Below, in pieces: positions 38,635-48,994 of a DNA stretch of 64,000 bases. This stretch comes from an uncultured Acidobacteriota bacterium (GTDB lineage Bacteria; Acidobacteriota; UBA6911), in NCBI GenBank assembly GCA_963809485.1, contig CAWEJX010000007.1, positions 192,001 through 256,000 on the forward strand, given 5' to 3'. The notes beneath the pieces are model-generated. The model was not told the origin of the DNA and ran no database searches. It saw nothing but the letters and a program-made list of their open reading frames with translations. The stretch's first letter is position 1. Every line of letters starts with the position of its first letter. Both the position numbers and the translations under genes were made by a program.

Positions 38635-39975
38635 CTATAGCTTCTCTTCCTGAAGCGCTACCCGGCCGTTCCGGGCTGCGGCTCTTCGTTTGGTGAAAAA
38701 GTAACCGATCAGCGCCGCGAGGATACTGGCGCCGACCCAAAGATTCAAAGTCGGCGACTTCTTGAAACCGAAATAGAGCATCACCCCGGACAGCAGCAGG
38801 TAGAACAGGGCGGCAACCAGAGCAGCGGCCGCCGGTCTCCCGTATTCTTTCCGCCTGAAGCAGATCCAGAAAAGTGAGAATACGGTCAGGGCGGAAAAAA
38901 GCGTAAGGATGGCGCCGACATTGTTGAGGACTTCCTGCAGCTGGTAGGCAAAGACAAGGAAAAGCGCGATAGCGCCCTGGAGTATTACGGCCCCCACGGG
39001 CGGCTTCCCTTCCTTCGCTTGCAGAATGCGCGGCAAAAAACCGTCCCTGGCCATGGCGGCATAGACGCGAGGCCCGAGGAACGTCATTGCGCTCACGGCG
39101 GAAATGAACGCGACAATAGCCAAGACCGACATGCACGCAGCGCCGAAGTCCCCGACCAGATTCTTCATGATCAGGTGCCCCAGGGTTATGCGCGCCGTCT
39201 CGTAGGTGAACACCACCTTGCACTGCTCCGGCGTGAGATTGGCTACAAAAACCCAGTTCACGAAAAGGTAAAGGACGCCGACAATTCCGCACCCCAGCAA
39301 CATGGCCCTGGGCACATCGCGTTTCGGGTCCCTGAATTCGGACGCCGCATAGATGGCGGCGTTCCACCCGCTAAAGGCGAAAGCGATGTAGAAGAGGTTC
39401 TGCATAAAAGGACCCAGGGGGAAGCTTTCAAACCGCGCGGGCGGCTGCCATTCCGGCCAGGTATTGCGCCCGCCGGCCAGGCCGACCGCTATGAAGCCGA
39501 CGACCAGCAGAATCTTAACCATCACAAGCACGTTCTGGGTATTCACGGAAAACCTGAGCCTGACCGCGTGCACCGAGGTAAGAAGCACGATCAGCAGTGC
39601 TGCGAACAGCTTCGGATCGATGCCGGCCGACAGAGTTTTGGCGAAGGCGCCCGCGGCAACGGCGTCGATGGCGATGGGGGCCGAGAATCCCAGAAGCAGG
39701 GACGCCCATCCGGCAAGATAGCCCAGCGCCGGATGCACCAGAGTCGAGAGATACTGATACTCTCCCCCTGATTTTGGAACAATCCGCGCAAGGCCCGCGT
39801 AGGCCCGCGCGCCCGCCAAAGCCAGAAAGGCCCCAATAGCCCAGGCAAGAAGAATCTGCCTGGGTGTCAGTTCCTGAGCCATGAACCCCGTGCTCAGGAA
39901 AACACCGGCGCCAATCATGTTGGCGATTACCATCCCCATCCCTGAGAACAATCCTAATCGATGATCTTTAGCCAA
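38635..39975 (-). CDS. APC-family amino acid permease
   Basis: MIGAGVF, P.SGGEY.Y, FAFSGWN, PRV..AMARDG; about 12 TM. TTG start inferred. Confidence 0.9.
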   Translation of the reverse strand: MAKDHRLGLFSGMGMVIANMIGAGVFLSTGFMAQELTPRQILLAWAIGAFLALAGARAYAGLARIVPKSGGEYQYLSTLVHPALGYLAGWASLLLGFSAPIAIDAVAAGAFAKTLSAGIDPKLFAALLIVLLTSVHAVRLRFSVNTQNVLVMVKILLVVGFIAVGLAGGRNTWPEWQPPARFESFPLGPFMQNLFYIAFAFSGWNAAIYAASEFRDPKRDVPRAMLLGCGIVGVLYLFVNWVFVANLTPEQCKVVFTYETARITLGHLIMKNLVGDFGAACMSVLAIVAFISAVSAMTFLGPRVYAAMARDGFLPRILQAKEGKPPVGAVILQGAIALFLVFAYQLQEVLNNVGAILTLFSALTVFSLFWICFRRKEYGRPAAAALVAALFYLLLSGVMLYFGFKKSPTLNLWVGASILAALIGYFFTKRRAAARNGRVALQEEKL

Positions 39976-40170
39976 TGCGAACCTCTTCCCGTTCAGCTCA
40001 TCCGCGTGCCAGTCGTCCAATGGACGGGTATAAGGGTAACTGCAAACGGGTGGCGATGGAACGAAAAAAAGGACAATCATTTTGCCCGCCTTCTTCCCTG
40101 ACCGTCCGGAAATCCGCCCACTCGCCCAAAAACCTTGATCGCGCGGCCTATTCGAGGTTACCTTGAGAGC

Positions 40171-40911
40171 ATGATGAGAATACTGGGCATTACGGCGCAT
40201 CCGGATGACGAAGTCGGCGCTTTCGGGGGAACCCTGATGCTTTATCACTCGCGCGGGGTTGAAACTTATGTGATCTGTCTTACGCCGGGACAGGCTGCAA
40301 CCAACAGGGGACAGGCGCAATCGGATTCGGAACTTGCCTCGTTGCGCCGAGCGGAGTTTGCGGCTTCGTGCAGGATTCTGCAGGTTACGGAAGGCCGGGT
40401 CCTGGACTACCCCGACGGCGGGCTCAGCCGTGTGGATTTCTTCACTGCCGTCGCAGACCTGACCCGCTGCGTGCGCGAGATAAAGCCGAATATTATTTTG
40501 ACCATGGGACCGGAGGGTGCCATCACCGGACATCCCGATCATTCTATGGCATCTCTATTCGCCACCATGGCGTATCATTGGGCGGCGCGAACCGACCGCT
40601 ATCCCGAACAGCTTCGTAACGGGCTGGAGACGCATTGCTCCAGAAAGCTCTATTACTCCACGGCATCGTTCACCCTGAAGGACCGCCAGCCCGTATGCCC
40701 TCCCCCACGCACGGCAACCATCGATATCGCTCCCTTTCTGGAAAGAAAGATAGGGGCATTCCGAGCGCATGAGACACAGGGGCCGCTGATGCCCCGCATC
40801 GAGAAGACCATGCGCAAGTATGGCAGCCCGGAGTTGTTTCATCTGGCAGCTGCCAGCCAGCCGTCGGATACCGTAATCGAAACCGATCTGCTGGCAGGCA
40901 TATCGGAATAA
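40171..40911 (+). CDS. PIG-L/LmbE-family deacetylase
   Basis: AHPDDE, R..E, GHPDH, H.TQ. Confidence 0.92.
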   Translation: MMRILGITAHPDDEVGAFGGTLMLYHSRGVETYVICLTPGQAATNRGQAQSDSELASLRRAEFAASCRILQVTEGRVLDYPDGGLSRVDFFTAVADLTRCVREIKPNIILTMGPEGAITGHPDHSMASLFATMAYHWAARTDRYPEQLRNGLETHCSRKLYYSTASFTLKDRQPVCPPPRTATIDIAPFLERKIGAFRAHETQGPLMPRIEKTMRKYGSPELFHLAAASQPSDTVIETDLLAGISE

Positions 40912-41002
40912 ATGGCCGCAAAGGACGCTTTTCACGCGGAGGCTTCGGGCTGCCCCCGGAAATGGGTCCGATTTTGCGGTTGCCGCAAATCCAACATTCT
41001 GA

Positions 41003-41032
41003 TTGACATCGCCTAATCCGGCTCAGTAGTAT
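41003..41032 (+). promoter_or_regulatory. Sigma70 promoter of csp
   Basis: TTGACA-18-TAGTAT. Confidence 0.6.
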
Positions 41033-41153
41033 AGAGCCGGGTCCGGGTCCGGTGGCGGCCGCCAGAGGTATGGCGGCTTTTTATTTTCAGGCCGCGGATC
41101 CATAGACCGAACTGCCGGGAAAAGCATTAAGGTAGATAGGAGCAGGAATTCCC

Positions 41154-41363
41154 ATGGAAAAAGAGACTGGGAAAGTGAAGTGGTTTAATAATGCCAAGGG
41201 CTACGGATTTATCGAAAGAGCCACAGGCGGAGATGTATTCGTTCATCACACAGCAATTCAAATGAGTGGCTTCCGCACTTTAACCGAGGGAGAAACCGTT
41301 GAATTCACGGTAACGAGGGGCCCCAAAGGCCTGCAGGCGGAAAACGTTACAAAGCCTGAATAA
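41154..41363 (+). CDS. csp: Cold-shock protein
   Basis: GKVKWFNNAKGYGFI, DVFVH, GPKGLQAENV. Confidence 0.96.
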   Translation: MEKETGKVKWFNNAKGYGFIERATGGDVFVHHTAIQMSGFRTLTEGETVEFTVTRGPKGLQAENVTKPE

Positions 41364-41369
41364 TGGGTA

Positions 41370-41401
41370 TCCCTTCTGCGCTCGAAAGCGGGAGGGTTTT
41401 G
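41370..41401 (+). terminator. Intrinsic terminator after csp
   Basis: CCCTTCTGCGC-TCGAAA-GCGGGAGGG-TTTT. Confidence 0.55.
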
Positions 41402-41474
41402 CCTGTTTGCCGCCGGATTGCCAAACGACAGCTGATGCCTTGAAGTTCCACCCAACATTTCCTGCGGGTACTCT

Positions 41475-42479
41475 TCAGAGGTTTTTGCGGAGGAATCTGC
41501 ACATCGCCCATCCGAGGACTATGTTGAAGGGAAACACCCCGGACGTATAGTGCCCGCAAGGCAGGGCGAAAGTGGAATGGGGAAGGCGGAATTTCCCGTA
41601 ATCGCGCAGAACCTCGAGCGAGAGGTCCGGCGGAAAGGTGTAATCATAAAGCGCGTGCACCAGAAGTGATTTTTGGCGGGTTCCTGCCAGCTTCCCGGCG
41701 TAGGCTTTCGGGCTGATCGGCATCCAGATGTCGCGCAGCTCTTCGAGAGTGATCTTCCCTTCCAGGCCCATACGCACATAGCGAGTCGAGAGCCCCCTCC
41801 AGACGACATCCGCAACATAGGGCGAGACATGATTTTGAACGCCGGCCCGCAGCCGGGGATCGTGCGCCAGGGTGATGAGCGCCACGCACGAACCGATGCT
41901 GGTTCCCAGTATGCCAAGCCTGCCGTATCCCCGGGACTCAAGCCAGTCCAGCGCAGCCCTGGAATCAACAACAGCCTGGCGGAAGGCCTGAAGCGTGCGG
42001 CCAAGGTTCGGCGACAACATGTAGTCGGCACGCGCCAGTCCTTCGGGCATTCTCAGATCATGGTAGGGCAGGCTCAGGCGCAGCGCCGAAAGACCGAATA
42101 AATTCAGCATGCGACAAAGCGCCATGTGGCTTTGCGCATCCGCGTTCCACTGCGGGAGGACCAGGACAGCGCGTCCATGCGATTTTGCAGGGAAATACCA
42201 GGCATGAACCATGTTGTTCCCGGGATAGGCAGTTGCCACCGGGCTGGTAAACGTCAGATGCCGCCCTTCGAGGCGCCAGTCCCGGACCGGTGCGTAGGAA
42301 TGGTAGGAATCGCTGTCTGCCAGGGCTTTCCGTGAAAAATCCATCAAAAACTGCTTCGGATCCCCAGTCGGGACATTTTGGGAAACAAACTCGAGTCCCC
42401 ATTCAAAGGAAAGAACCCTGCGGTTGCTATCCCTGTTCGAGAGGCTGAGTTCCCACGGGTAAAAAATGCGAGACAGCAC
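41475..42479 (-). CDS. Alpha/beta hydrolase-family protein
   Basis: GTSIG nucleophile elbow; LPYHD.R; YD..F; PCGHY. Confidence 0.85.
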   Translation of the reverse strand: MLSRIFYPWELSLSNRDSNRRVLSFEWGLEFVSQNVPTGDPKQFLMDFSRKALADSDSYHSYAPVRDWRLEGRHLTFTSPVATAYPGNNMVHAWYFPAKSHGRAVLVLPQWNADAQSHMALCRMLNLFGLSALRLSLPYHDLRMPEGLARADYMLSPNLGRTLQAFRQAVVDSRAALDWLESRGYGRLGILGTSIGSCVALITLAHDPRLRAGVQNHVSPYVADVVWRGLSTRYVRMGLEGKITLEELRDIWMPISPKAYAGKLAGTRQKSLLVHALYDYTFPPDLSLEVLRDYGKFRLPHSTFALPCGHYTSGVFPFNIVLGWAMCRFLRKNL

Positions 42480-42647
42480 CGGCCCTCCCCCGGATGAAAA
42501 CCTGATAATCTAACAAACCGGCCAAGCCGGGGACAATTTTTTTATCGTCCGCAAGCCGCAAGTGCAAAGATTCAGTCAATCGCCCGGGCAAGATGGACTC
42601 CTGAACGCCGGCCCCCGAATCGGTGAAAGAGGACCTTCAACACCCAT

Positions 42648-42688
42648 AACGCTGACGGACACCGGCAAAAACGCTGACCCACGCTGAT
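42648..42688. repeat. ACGCTGAC half-repeat
   Basis: AACGCTGACGGACACCGGCAAAAACGCTGACCCACGCTGAT. Confidence 0.55.
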
Positions 42689-42761
42689 ACCAAAGGCGAA
42701 GACCGGCGCTCAAGAGACGATTGCGATGGTGTTTTCGGGGGCGGCATTTCGGAGGCGGCGC

Positions 42762-43772
42762 TTACTGGCGGCCCCTGAATATCGGCCGGGGCAAGTAATA
42801 ATAGCCTTGGCGGTAGCTTATCTTGCTCGCAGGCGGGAGGTACTCGACGGAAATTCTATGGTAGGAATCCGCAAGCAGGTTCTGGTTGGAGACATAGGTC
42901 AGGTAATATTTGCCCTTCAGCTCCCGGGCGACCTCTGCGTAAACATCCTTGATCTTGTCGTAATCCGCAGGGAAAAAGCACCGGCCTCCCGTTTTCTCGG
43001 CGAGCTCGGTCATCGCGGCTTCCCTCTTGCTGAAAAACTCGTCGATGTAATCCTCATTTTCGCCGAATAGCCGCCTGTAGATGTTTTCGAGCATTACTAC
43101 CCTTCGTTCCTGCTTTGCCTGCTGGCGCACAATGGTGGTCTTCGAAACGACGTAAAGCGATGCCTGCGATTGAACCACGGCAAGGGAGGCTTCCTGGAAA
43201 CTTACGCGGCTCTCGTTGTTCAGGCAATCCGTCAGCAGGATTATGGCCTTGCGCCCCTCGATGCCCTTGAGCTGATCCTGCGCCGCCACGAACATGGCAT
43301 CATAGAGCGAGGTCCGGAAACCGGACTTTGTTCTCTTGAGGGCTCTCCGGACCTTCTTCATGTCATTGGTCCAATCCAGAACCAGCTTTACTTCATCATC
43401 AAAAGTCAGGAGCGAAATCCGGTCTCCGGGTGAGAGCGATTCGGCAAAATCCTCGGCAGCGTCCTTGATTTTTTTCAGCTCATCTTTGCCGCTGCTGCTG
43501 GTATCCAAAAGAAGAACAGCCGAGACCGGGTTCGTGTCCACGCCGAAGCTGCGTATTTCCTGGATGGCCTGATCTTCCCAGACGCGGAAATCCCTTGCGT
43601 TGAGATCCGTAACCATTTTGCCCGAATCATCAAAAACGCTTATGGGGATCTTCACCAGGTTGACGGAGACCGAGAAAGCAGGGGCCGAATCCTGGAACCC
43701 GATCACGTTTTGCGCAGGCAAAAGAACGATAAGGGCTGTCAGGGCAAGCATAGGAGAGCGCATAATGATCAT
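42762..43772 (-). CDS. VWA-domain protein (acidobacterial type)
   Basis: V.V.LV..P.SV.D..G; LLLDTSSS MIDAS; TSLYDA; RKAIILLTD; LAE.TGG. Confidence 0.9.
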   Translation of the reverse strand: MIIMRSPMLALTALIVLLPAQNVIGFQDSAPAFSVSVNLVKIPISVFDDSGKMVTDLNARDFRVWEDQAIQEIRSFGVDTNPVSAVLLLDTSSSGKDELKKIKDAAEDFAESLSPGDRISLLTFDDEVKLVLDWTNDMKKVRRALKRTKSGFRTSLYDAMFVAAQDQLKGIEGRKAIILLTDCLNNESRVSFQEASLAVVQSQASLYVVSKTTIVRQQAKQERRVVMLENIYRRLFGENEDYIDEFFSKREAAMTELAEKTGGRCFFPADYDKIKDVYAEVARELKGKYYLTYVSNQNLLADSYHRISVEYLPPASKISYRQGYYYLPRPIFRGRQ

Positions 43773-43874
43773 TGTAGCAATTTCGCTCTCAAATGACAGG
43801 GGCCCCCGTGAATGGAAAAATCTGAAACAATGGGCCGGCTGTGGTATCTAACATGGAAGAAAGCAGGTGCAAGG

Positions 43875-44681
43875 GTGAAACATATCCGGATCATCATTCT
43901 GCTGCTGGCCGCGGGATTGTCCCAAAATATGGCTTACGTCCTGAGTCAGGAACCGCTTCCGGAAAATTCTCCATCTGTGCAGCACCGGGACAGCGCCCCG
44001 ACCCCGGAAGAGATCATCCGCAGCTTTGCAGCCAAAGAAACCGAGTTTTATGAAGCCTGGATGCAGTACACCTATCGTCAGACCGCCGAAGTGCGCGTCG
44101 TCTCGGTCAACGGCATGCCAAAACAGGAAAAAATGACCACTATTTCCGATGTGGTCTTCAAAGACGACGGCACGCGGGAAGTGCAGGTGCGCCGCAGGGC
44201 GGGGAACCTGCGCAGCGTGATCTACACCGTCCAGGATGAAGAAGTCATCGACAACCTGCAGCCCTTCGCCTTAACCGAAAAAGAATTGCCCAAGTACAAG
44301 CTGCAGTACCAGGGGAAGGAAAGGGTCGACGAACTTGACTGCTATGTTTTTTCCGTGACGCCCAAAAGCCTCAAGGGCGGAAAGCTCTATTTCGAGGGTA
44401 AGATCTGGGTGGACGACCAGGATCTGCAGATCGTGCGGACCGTCGGAAAGCCTGTACCGCAAAAGAAGAACAATCAGTTCCCTGCCTTCGAGACGATCCG
44501 CCAGATGGTCGACAAGAAATACTGGTTCCCGGTCTGGACTCACGCGGAGGACCGCCTGCGCTTTGATACGAACACGATTCAAATCGAGGAAACCATCAGC
44601 TACGAGGATTACAGGAGGTTCGCGGCAAAAACAACCATCCAGTATGAACCGGCTGTCAAGGCCCCCTCCACTCCCCAGTGA
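43875..44681 (+). CDS. Exported hypothetical protein (LolA/MucB-like fold inferred)
   Basis: Signal peptide; Y.G.E.VDE..CYVF.V.P; FEG.IWVD.QD..IV. Confidence 0.78.
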   Translation: MKHIRIIILLLAAGLSQNMAYVLSQEPLPENSPSVQHRDSAPTPEEIIRSFAAKETEFYEAWMQYTYRQTAEVRVVSVNGMPKQEKMTTISDVVFKDDGTREVQVRRRAGNLRSVIYTVQDEEVIDNLQPFALTEKELPKYKLQYQGKERVDELDCYVFSVTPKSLKGGKLYFEGKIWVDDQDLQIVRTVGKPVPQKKNNQFPAFETIRQMVDKKYWFPVWTHAEDRLRFDTNTIQIEETISYEDYRRFAAKTTIQYEPAVKAPSTPQ

Positions 44682-44695
44682 CGCTCCCCCACGAA

Positions 44696-44935
44696 GTCAG
44701 GTACCTCCGGCAAAGCCGGAGGCTTGAAAGTTTTGAACCGCTCAAAGCCGTTGGACTAGTTACGCCGGCTTTGAACGCTGACGCACGCTGAACGGACGCC
44801 GACCCACGCCGACAAAAATCTATATATTTTTTCAGCGTACGTCAGCGTCATGTCAGCGTACGTCAGCGTTAAAAATACGGAGCTGTCAAACTCTTTGAGT
44901 CCCCCGGCAGAGCCGGAGGTTTACCAATGAAATTA
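44696..44935 (-). mobile_element. Non-autonomous IS200/IS605-type element with palindromic cargo, copy A
   Basis: End hairpins CCTCCGGCAAAGCCGGAGG and CCCCCGGCAGAGCCGGAGG, subterminal AACCGCTCAAAGC.GTT, central ACGCTGAC palindrome. Repeated at 47188 and 52966. Confidence 0.75.
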
Positions 44936-45021
44936 AACGGAATAGTTCGGGGATGCGGAGGTTGCAGATTTGCTGATTGCTTTTCCCCGCGGCCTCCGCG
45001 TCTCCGCGTAAGGATCATCGT

Positions 45022-46032
45022 TCAGATATGGAGTTCGAGGATGTCCCCGTCTTCAAGCGGGTGATTGCGCTCCACCATCTGGCCGTCGTACTTCACCGGA
45101 CGCCTGGATTTTTCGGAACTCCACACTTTGGCGAATTTGAGCGAGTGGACAAACTCCCGGTGCACGGCCCGCGCCGCATCCAGAACCGTGCTGCCGCGCT
45201 TCAGGACGAAGGGCGGGCTCGAGAGATCCGCCTTCTTGCCGGGTATTTTGGTGTGAATCCTCACGATGTCCAGCGCCTCGAACAGCGTGTTGCGCAGCGC
45301 CTCCAGCCCTTCGCCGGAAACCGCTGAAACCGCCAGGATCGGGAACCGGTTGCCGAAAAACTCCTTGAGAATGTCCAGGCTCTGCATCGCCCCTGCGGCA
45401 TCGTATTTGTTGGCCGCCAGGAGAGCGCGCCGGCTTTCAACCGGGCCTGACCCGGTATCGGATGCGGCGCCTCCGATGAGCTGTATCCGGGAATCCCCCA
45501 GAAGGGTCAGCACCTCGTCAATTTCATCCAGCAGCGCATCGGAGCTCAAGTCCGCGACCAGCAGCACAAGATCGCCCTGGCGCACAATCCCTCCCACCCA
45601 GGGCTCATAAAAGTTTGGATCGATGGCGGGCATATCGACCAGCTGAATTTTCACGTTTTCATAAGGCATCATGCCCGGTTGAGGCAGGCGTGTCGTGTAC
45701 GGGTAGTCCCCGATATCCGGCGCGGCGTTTGTCAGGCGGGCCATCAGCGAGGATTTGCCCGTGTTGGCCCCTCCGGCCAAAATCACCTGGCCCGCTCCGT
45801 CGCGCTGCACCGTGTACATCGCAGACGCCTTGGATGCGCCGTGCTTTTTCTGAGATTCGATGCGCAATTTGGCCAGCCGCCGCCGAATGTCCGCCCGCAT
45901 TTTTTCTGTCCCCTTGTGCTTGGGGATCAGGGCCATCATCTCTTCCAGCGCCTCGGTTTTTTCCTGCACCGTCACGGCTTCTTTGAAGCGCTGCTCGGCG
46001 GCCAGATATTGCGGTGTCAGGTTTGCCGGCAT
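45022..46032 (-). CDS. DRG-like (OBG superfamily) GTPase with TGS domain
   Basis: PKHKGTEK N-helix, GGANTGKS, YPYTT, NKYD, C-terminal TGS (H.L.DGDI.E.H). Confidence 0.9.
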   Translation of the reverse strand: MPANLTPQYLAAEQRFKEAVTVQEKTEALEEMMALIPKHKGTEKMRADIRRRLAKLRIESQKKHGASKASAMYTVQRDGAGQVILAGGANTGKSSLMARLTNAAPDIGDYPYTTRLPQPGMMPYENVKIQLVDMPAIDPNFYEPWVGGIVRQGDLVLLVADLSSDALLDEIDEVLTLLGDSRIQLIGGAASDTGSGPVESRRALLAANKYDAAGAMQSLDILKEFFGNRFPILAVSAVSGEGLEALRNTLFEALDIVRIHTKIPGKKADLSSPPFVLKRGSTVLDAARAVHREFVHSLKFAKVWSSEKSRRPVKYDGQMVERNHPLEDGDILELHI

Positions 46033-46209
46033 GTCGCGCCCGCCCTCCCTTTACCACAATTATATCCGCTTTATGCTCCGGCAGAGCCGGTGCTTCTGGA
46101 GTCAGAGACCGGAAAAATTGACGGAATCGTTATCCAAACACCCGGGCCTGAGGTAATATAGCAGATGCCCGGCAGGCGGTTTGCGCCGGCCGGTAACAGG
46201 AGGACTACA

Positions 46210-47139
46210 GTGACATTGCCCAATTTCGCATTCTTCAAGGGCCGCATAATTCCATATTGCGACGCTAAAGTGGGTGTTCTTACTCATACTCTGAACTATG
46301 GCACAGGTGTATTCGGCGGCCTTCGCGCATATTGGAACGGTGACGAAAACCAGCTGTTTCTCTTCAGGCCTCACGATCACTATCGGCGCTTTCTCGAGTC
46401 GGCGAAGCTTTTGCTTATGGAACTGCCCTATTCCGAGGCGGAGATCGTGCAGTTCACCATGGACCTTCTCAAGGCCGAAGGATTCCGGACGGACGCCTAT
46501 ATACGGCCTCTCTGCTATTTCGCCGATGAGATCATCGGGGTACGGCTGCACAACCTGCACCCGGAACTCACGATCGTATCGATCCCGTTCGGATCCTACG
46601 TGGAAAATGAGGAAGGAAGCCACGTGACGGTTTCCTCCTGGCGGCGCATCGACGACAACATGATCCCCGCGCGCGGCAAAATTGCCGGCTCTTACGTGAA
46701 CTCCGCGTTTATCAAGACCGACGCTCAGCGCGCCGGCTTCGATGAAGCCATCGTGCTCAACCAGGACGGGCATGTCGCGGAGGGATCGGCGGAAAACTTT
46801 TTTATGGTGAGGAAAGGCGTCGTGTGCACGCCGCCCATAACGGACAACATTCTCGAGGGCATCACGCGGCGCACCGTCATGATGCTCTTGCGCGATGAAC
46901 TGAAGCTGGAGGTCGTGGAGCGCTCAATCGACAGAACGGAAATTTACCTGGCCGACGAAGCATTCTTCTGCGGGACCGGCGTCCAGGTAGCCGCTATCAC
47001 CGGCGTGGATCATCGCCCCATCGGCAACGGCAAAATGGGGGATGTCACCAGGAAGCTGAGGCAGGTGTATTTTGACGTCGTCCGGGGACGAACGGCGAAA
47101 TACCGCGAATTCTGCATCCCCGTATATTCCAAAGCCTGA
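46210..47139 (+). CDS. ilvE: Branched-chain amino acid aminotransferase
   Basis: YGTGVFGG.R, H..R, KIAG.YVNS, EGSAEN.F, LEGITR, GTG. Confidence 0.93.
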   Translation: MTLPNFAFFKGRIIPYCDAKVGVLTHTLNYGTGVFGGLRAYWNGDENQLFLFRPHDHYRRFLESAKLLLMELPYSEAEIVQFTMDLLKAEGFRTDAYIRPLCYFADEIIGVRLHNLHPELTIVSIPFGSYVENEEGSHVTVSSWRRIDDNMIPARGKIAGSYVNSAFIKTDAQRAGFDEAIVLNQDGHVAEGSAENFFMVRKGVVCTPPITDNILEGITRRTVMMLLRDELKLEVVERSIDRTEIYLADEAFFCGTGVQVAAITGVDHRPIGNGKMGDVTRKLRQVYFDVVRGRTAKYREFCIPVYSKA

Positions 47140-47187
47140 TCTGCACTCTTTGCAGGGGCGGCCGGAAGGCCGCCCGCATCCGAAAAA

Positions 47188-47418
47188 GCCAGGTACCTCC
47201 GGCAAAGCCGGAGGCTTGAAAGATTTGAACCGCTCAAAGCGGTTGGACTAGTTACGCCGGTCTTGAACGCTGACTTACGCGGGCAAAAGCCGATGAGGCG
47301 CTTCCGATCCCCGCCGAACAAATCGGCGTTTGTCAGCGCTTTTATCAGCGTTTCAAAATACGGAGCTGTCAAACTCTTTGAGTCCCCCGACAGAGCCGCG
47401 GGTTTGGCAATGTAATTA
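47188..47418 (-). mobile_element. Non-autonomous IS200/IS605-type element with palindromic cargo, copy B
   Basis: Same ends as copy A; different central palindrome variant. Confidence 0.75.
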
Positions 47419-47423
47419 ATTAT

Positions 47424-48893
47424 TCAGGACGGAAGCCTTCCATAAAGTTTGTTCAGCCCGCGCAGCCTGGAAGCAAGGACGGGCTGCAGCTGATCTTCCC
47501 TCATCCGCCAGCGCCAGTTCTTGCCCGTGGTGGACGGCGTGTTCATGCGGGCTTCCGATCCCAGGTCCAGCACATCCTGCATCGGCAGAATCGCCGTGTC
47601 TGCCGGGGACGCCAACGCCAGCCGGATGAAGTTCCAGACTGCATCTTTCAAGTCGCTGCCCATGTACTCGAGCGCCCGCTCTCTTTCCGCGCGATCCTCC
47701 GCGCTGAGGCCCTTCGCCGAAAACCATCCCCTGGTGGTGTCATTATCGTGAGTCCCGGTATATACGACGCAGTTGCGGATAAAATTGTAGGGCTTATTCG
47801 GATTGTCCGGCGATTCGTTCTCGAAGGCGAATTGAAGGATGCGCATTCCGGGAAGTTCCCAGCGGTCGCGCAACGCATAAACTTCCGGCGTGATGAAGCC
47901 AAGATCCTCGGCAATGAACGGGAGTTTCCCCAGGGCGCCTTGCAGCGCCTTGAAGAATTGATCGCCGGGACCTTTCACCCAGCGTCCCTCTTCCGCGGTT
48001 TTGCAGCCGGCAGGAATTTCATAGTACTTTTCAAATCCGCGGAAATGATCCAGGCGCATGATGTCGACCGTTTCGAGCATGGACCGAAGCCGGTCGATCC
48101 ACCAGCGGTATCCGGTCTGCTCCATCTCATCCCACCGATATAGGGGATTGCCCCAGCGCTGGCCCGTCTTGCTGAAATAATCCGGCGGCACGCCGGCAAC
48201 CACCCGCGGATTGCCATCGCTGCCGAGATCAAACAGTCCCGGGTTGGCCCAGACATCCGCGCTGTCATGGGCCACGAAAATCGGGATGTCGCCGACGATT
48301 TCAATCCCCAGGTCATTGCAATATTGTTTAAGGGCTTTCCACTGGCGGAAAAACTGGAACTGCATGAATTTATGTTCAAAGACGTCGCCGGCATCCGCGC
48401 GTATTTCCGGATTCCAGTCGGTCCAGGCAGCACCGGCATTTGCCTTCTTAAGAGCGGCAAACTCCGCGAAGGGATTCAGCCAGGGATCCTCATCGCTGCA
48501 AAACCGGAGAAACTCTTCCCGCAGAAGACCCGATTCGCGTCGGGAGAAAGCGGCGGCAGCCTTTCCAAGGAGCATTCTTCTGAAAGGAATAACCGTATCA
48601 TAATCGACGGCGGAGTCAGCGAAAAGCGGGGTATTCTTCAAATCTTCCGGGGAAAGCCAGCCTTCATCAACCAGCTTTTGAGGACTGATCAGAAGAGGAT
48701 TCCCCGCGATGCTGGAGTAAGCCTGGTAGGGCGAATTGCCCACACCCGGAAGCCCCAGCGGCAGTATCTGCCACAGCTGCTGACCGCTTTCCGCAAGAAA
48801 GTCGGCGAAACGATAGGCCCAGTGGCCCAGATCCCCGATGCCCCATTCACCGGGAAGCGAGGTGGGGTGGAGCAGAATACCGCTTTTGCGCAT
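47424..48893 (-). CDS. malQ: 4-alpha-glucanotransferase (GH77)
   Basis: RKSGILLHPTSLP, GVPPDYFS.TGQRWGNP, RLDHFRGF, AEDLG, YTGTHDN. Confidence 0.96.
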   Translation of the reverse strand: MRKSGILLHPTSLPGEWGIGDLGHWAYRFADFLAESGQQLWQILPLGLPGVGNSPYQAYSSIAGNPLLISPQKLVDEGWLSPEDLKNTPLFADSAVDYDTVIPFRRMLLGKAAAAFSRRESGLLREEFLRFCSDEDPWLNPFAEFAALKKANAGAAWTDWNPEIRADAGDVFEHKFMQFQFFRQWKALKQYCNDLGIEIVGDIPIFVAHDSADVWANPGLFDLGSDGNPRVVAGVPPDYFSKTGQRWGNPLYRWDEMEQTGYRWWIDRLRSMLETVDIMRLDHFRGFEKYYEIPAGCKTAEEGRWVKGPGDQFFKALQGALGKLPFIAEDLGFITPEVYALRDRWELPGMRILQFAFENESPDNPNKPYNFIRNCVVYTGTHDNDTTRGWFSAKGLSAEDRAERERALEYMGSDLKDAVWNFIRLALASPADTAILPMQDVLDLGSEARMNTPSTTGKNWRWRMREDQLQPVLASRLRGLNKLYGRLPS

Positions 48894-48994
48894 GGTGTTT
48901 CAAAACCCGCCGCAAGCCATGACGAGCGCCGCCGGGCGGAGAATCGGCACGGGCCTGAACCGGCAATTCGTAATTCGTCACTCGTAATTCGAAA

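Noticed and set aside
39976-40542. N-terminal 189 aa of the 635-aa permease ORF
   Set aside because: Overlaps the PIG-L gene on the opposite strand; permease homology begins at about 39975.
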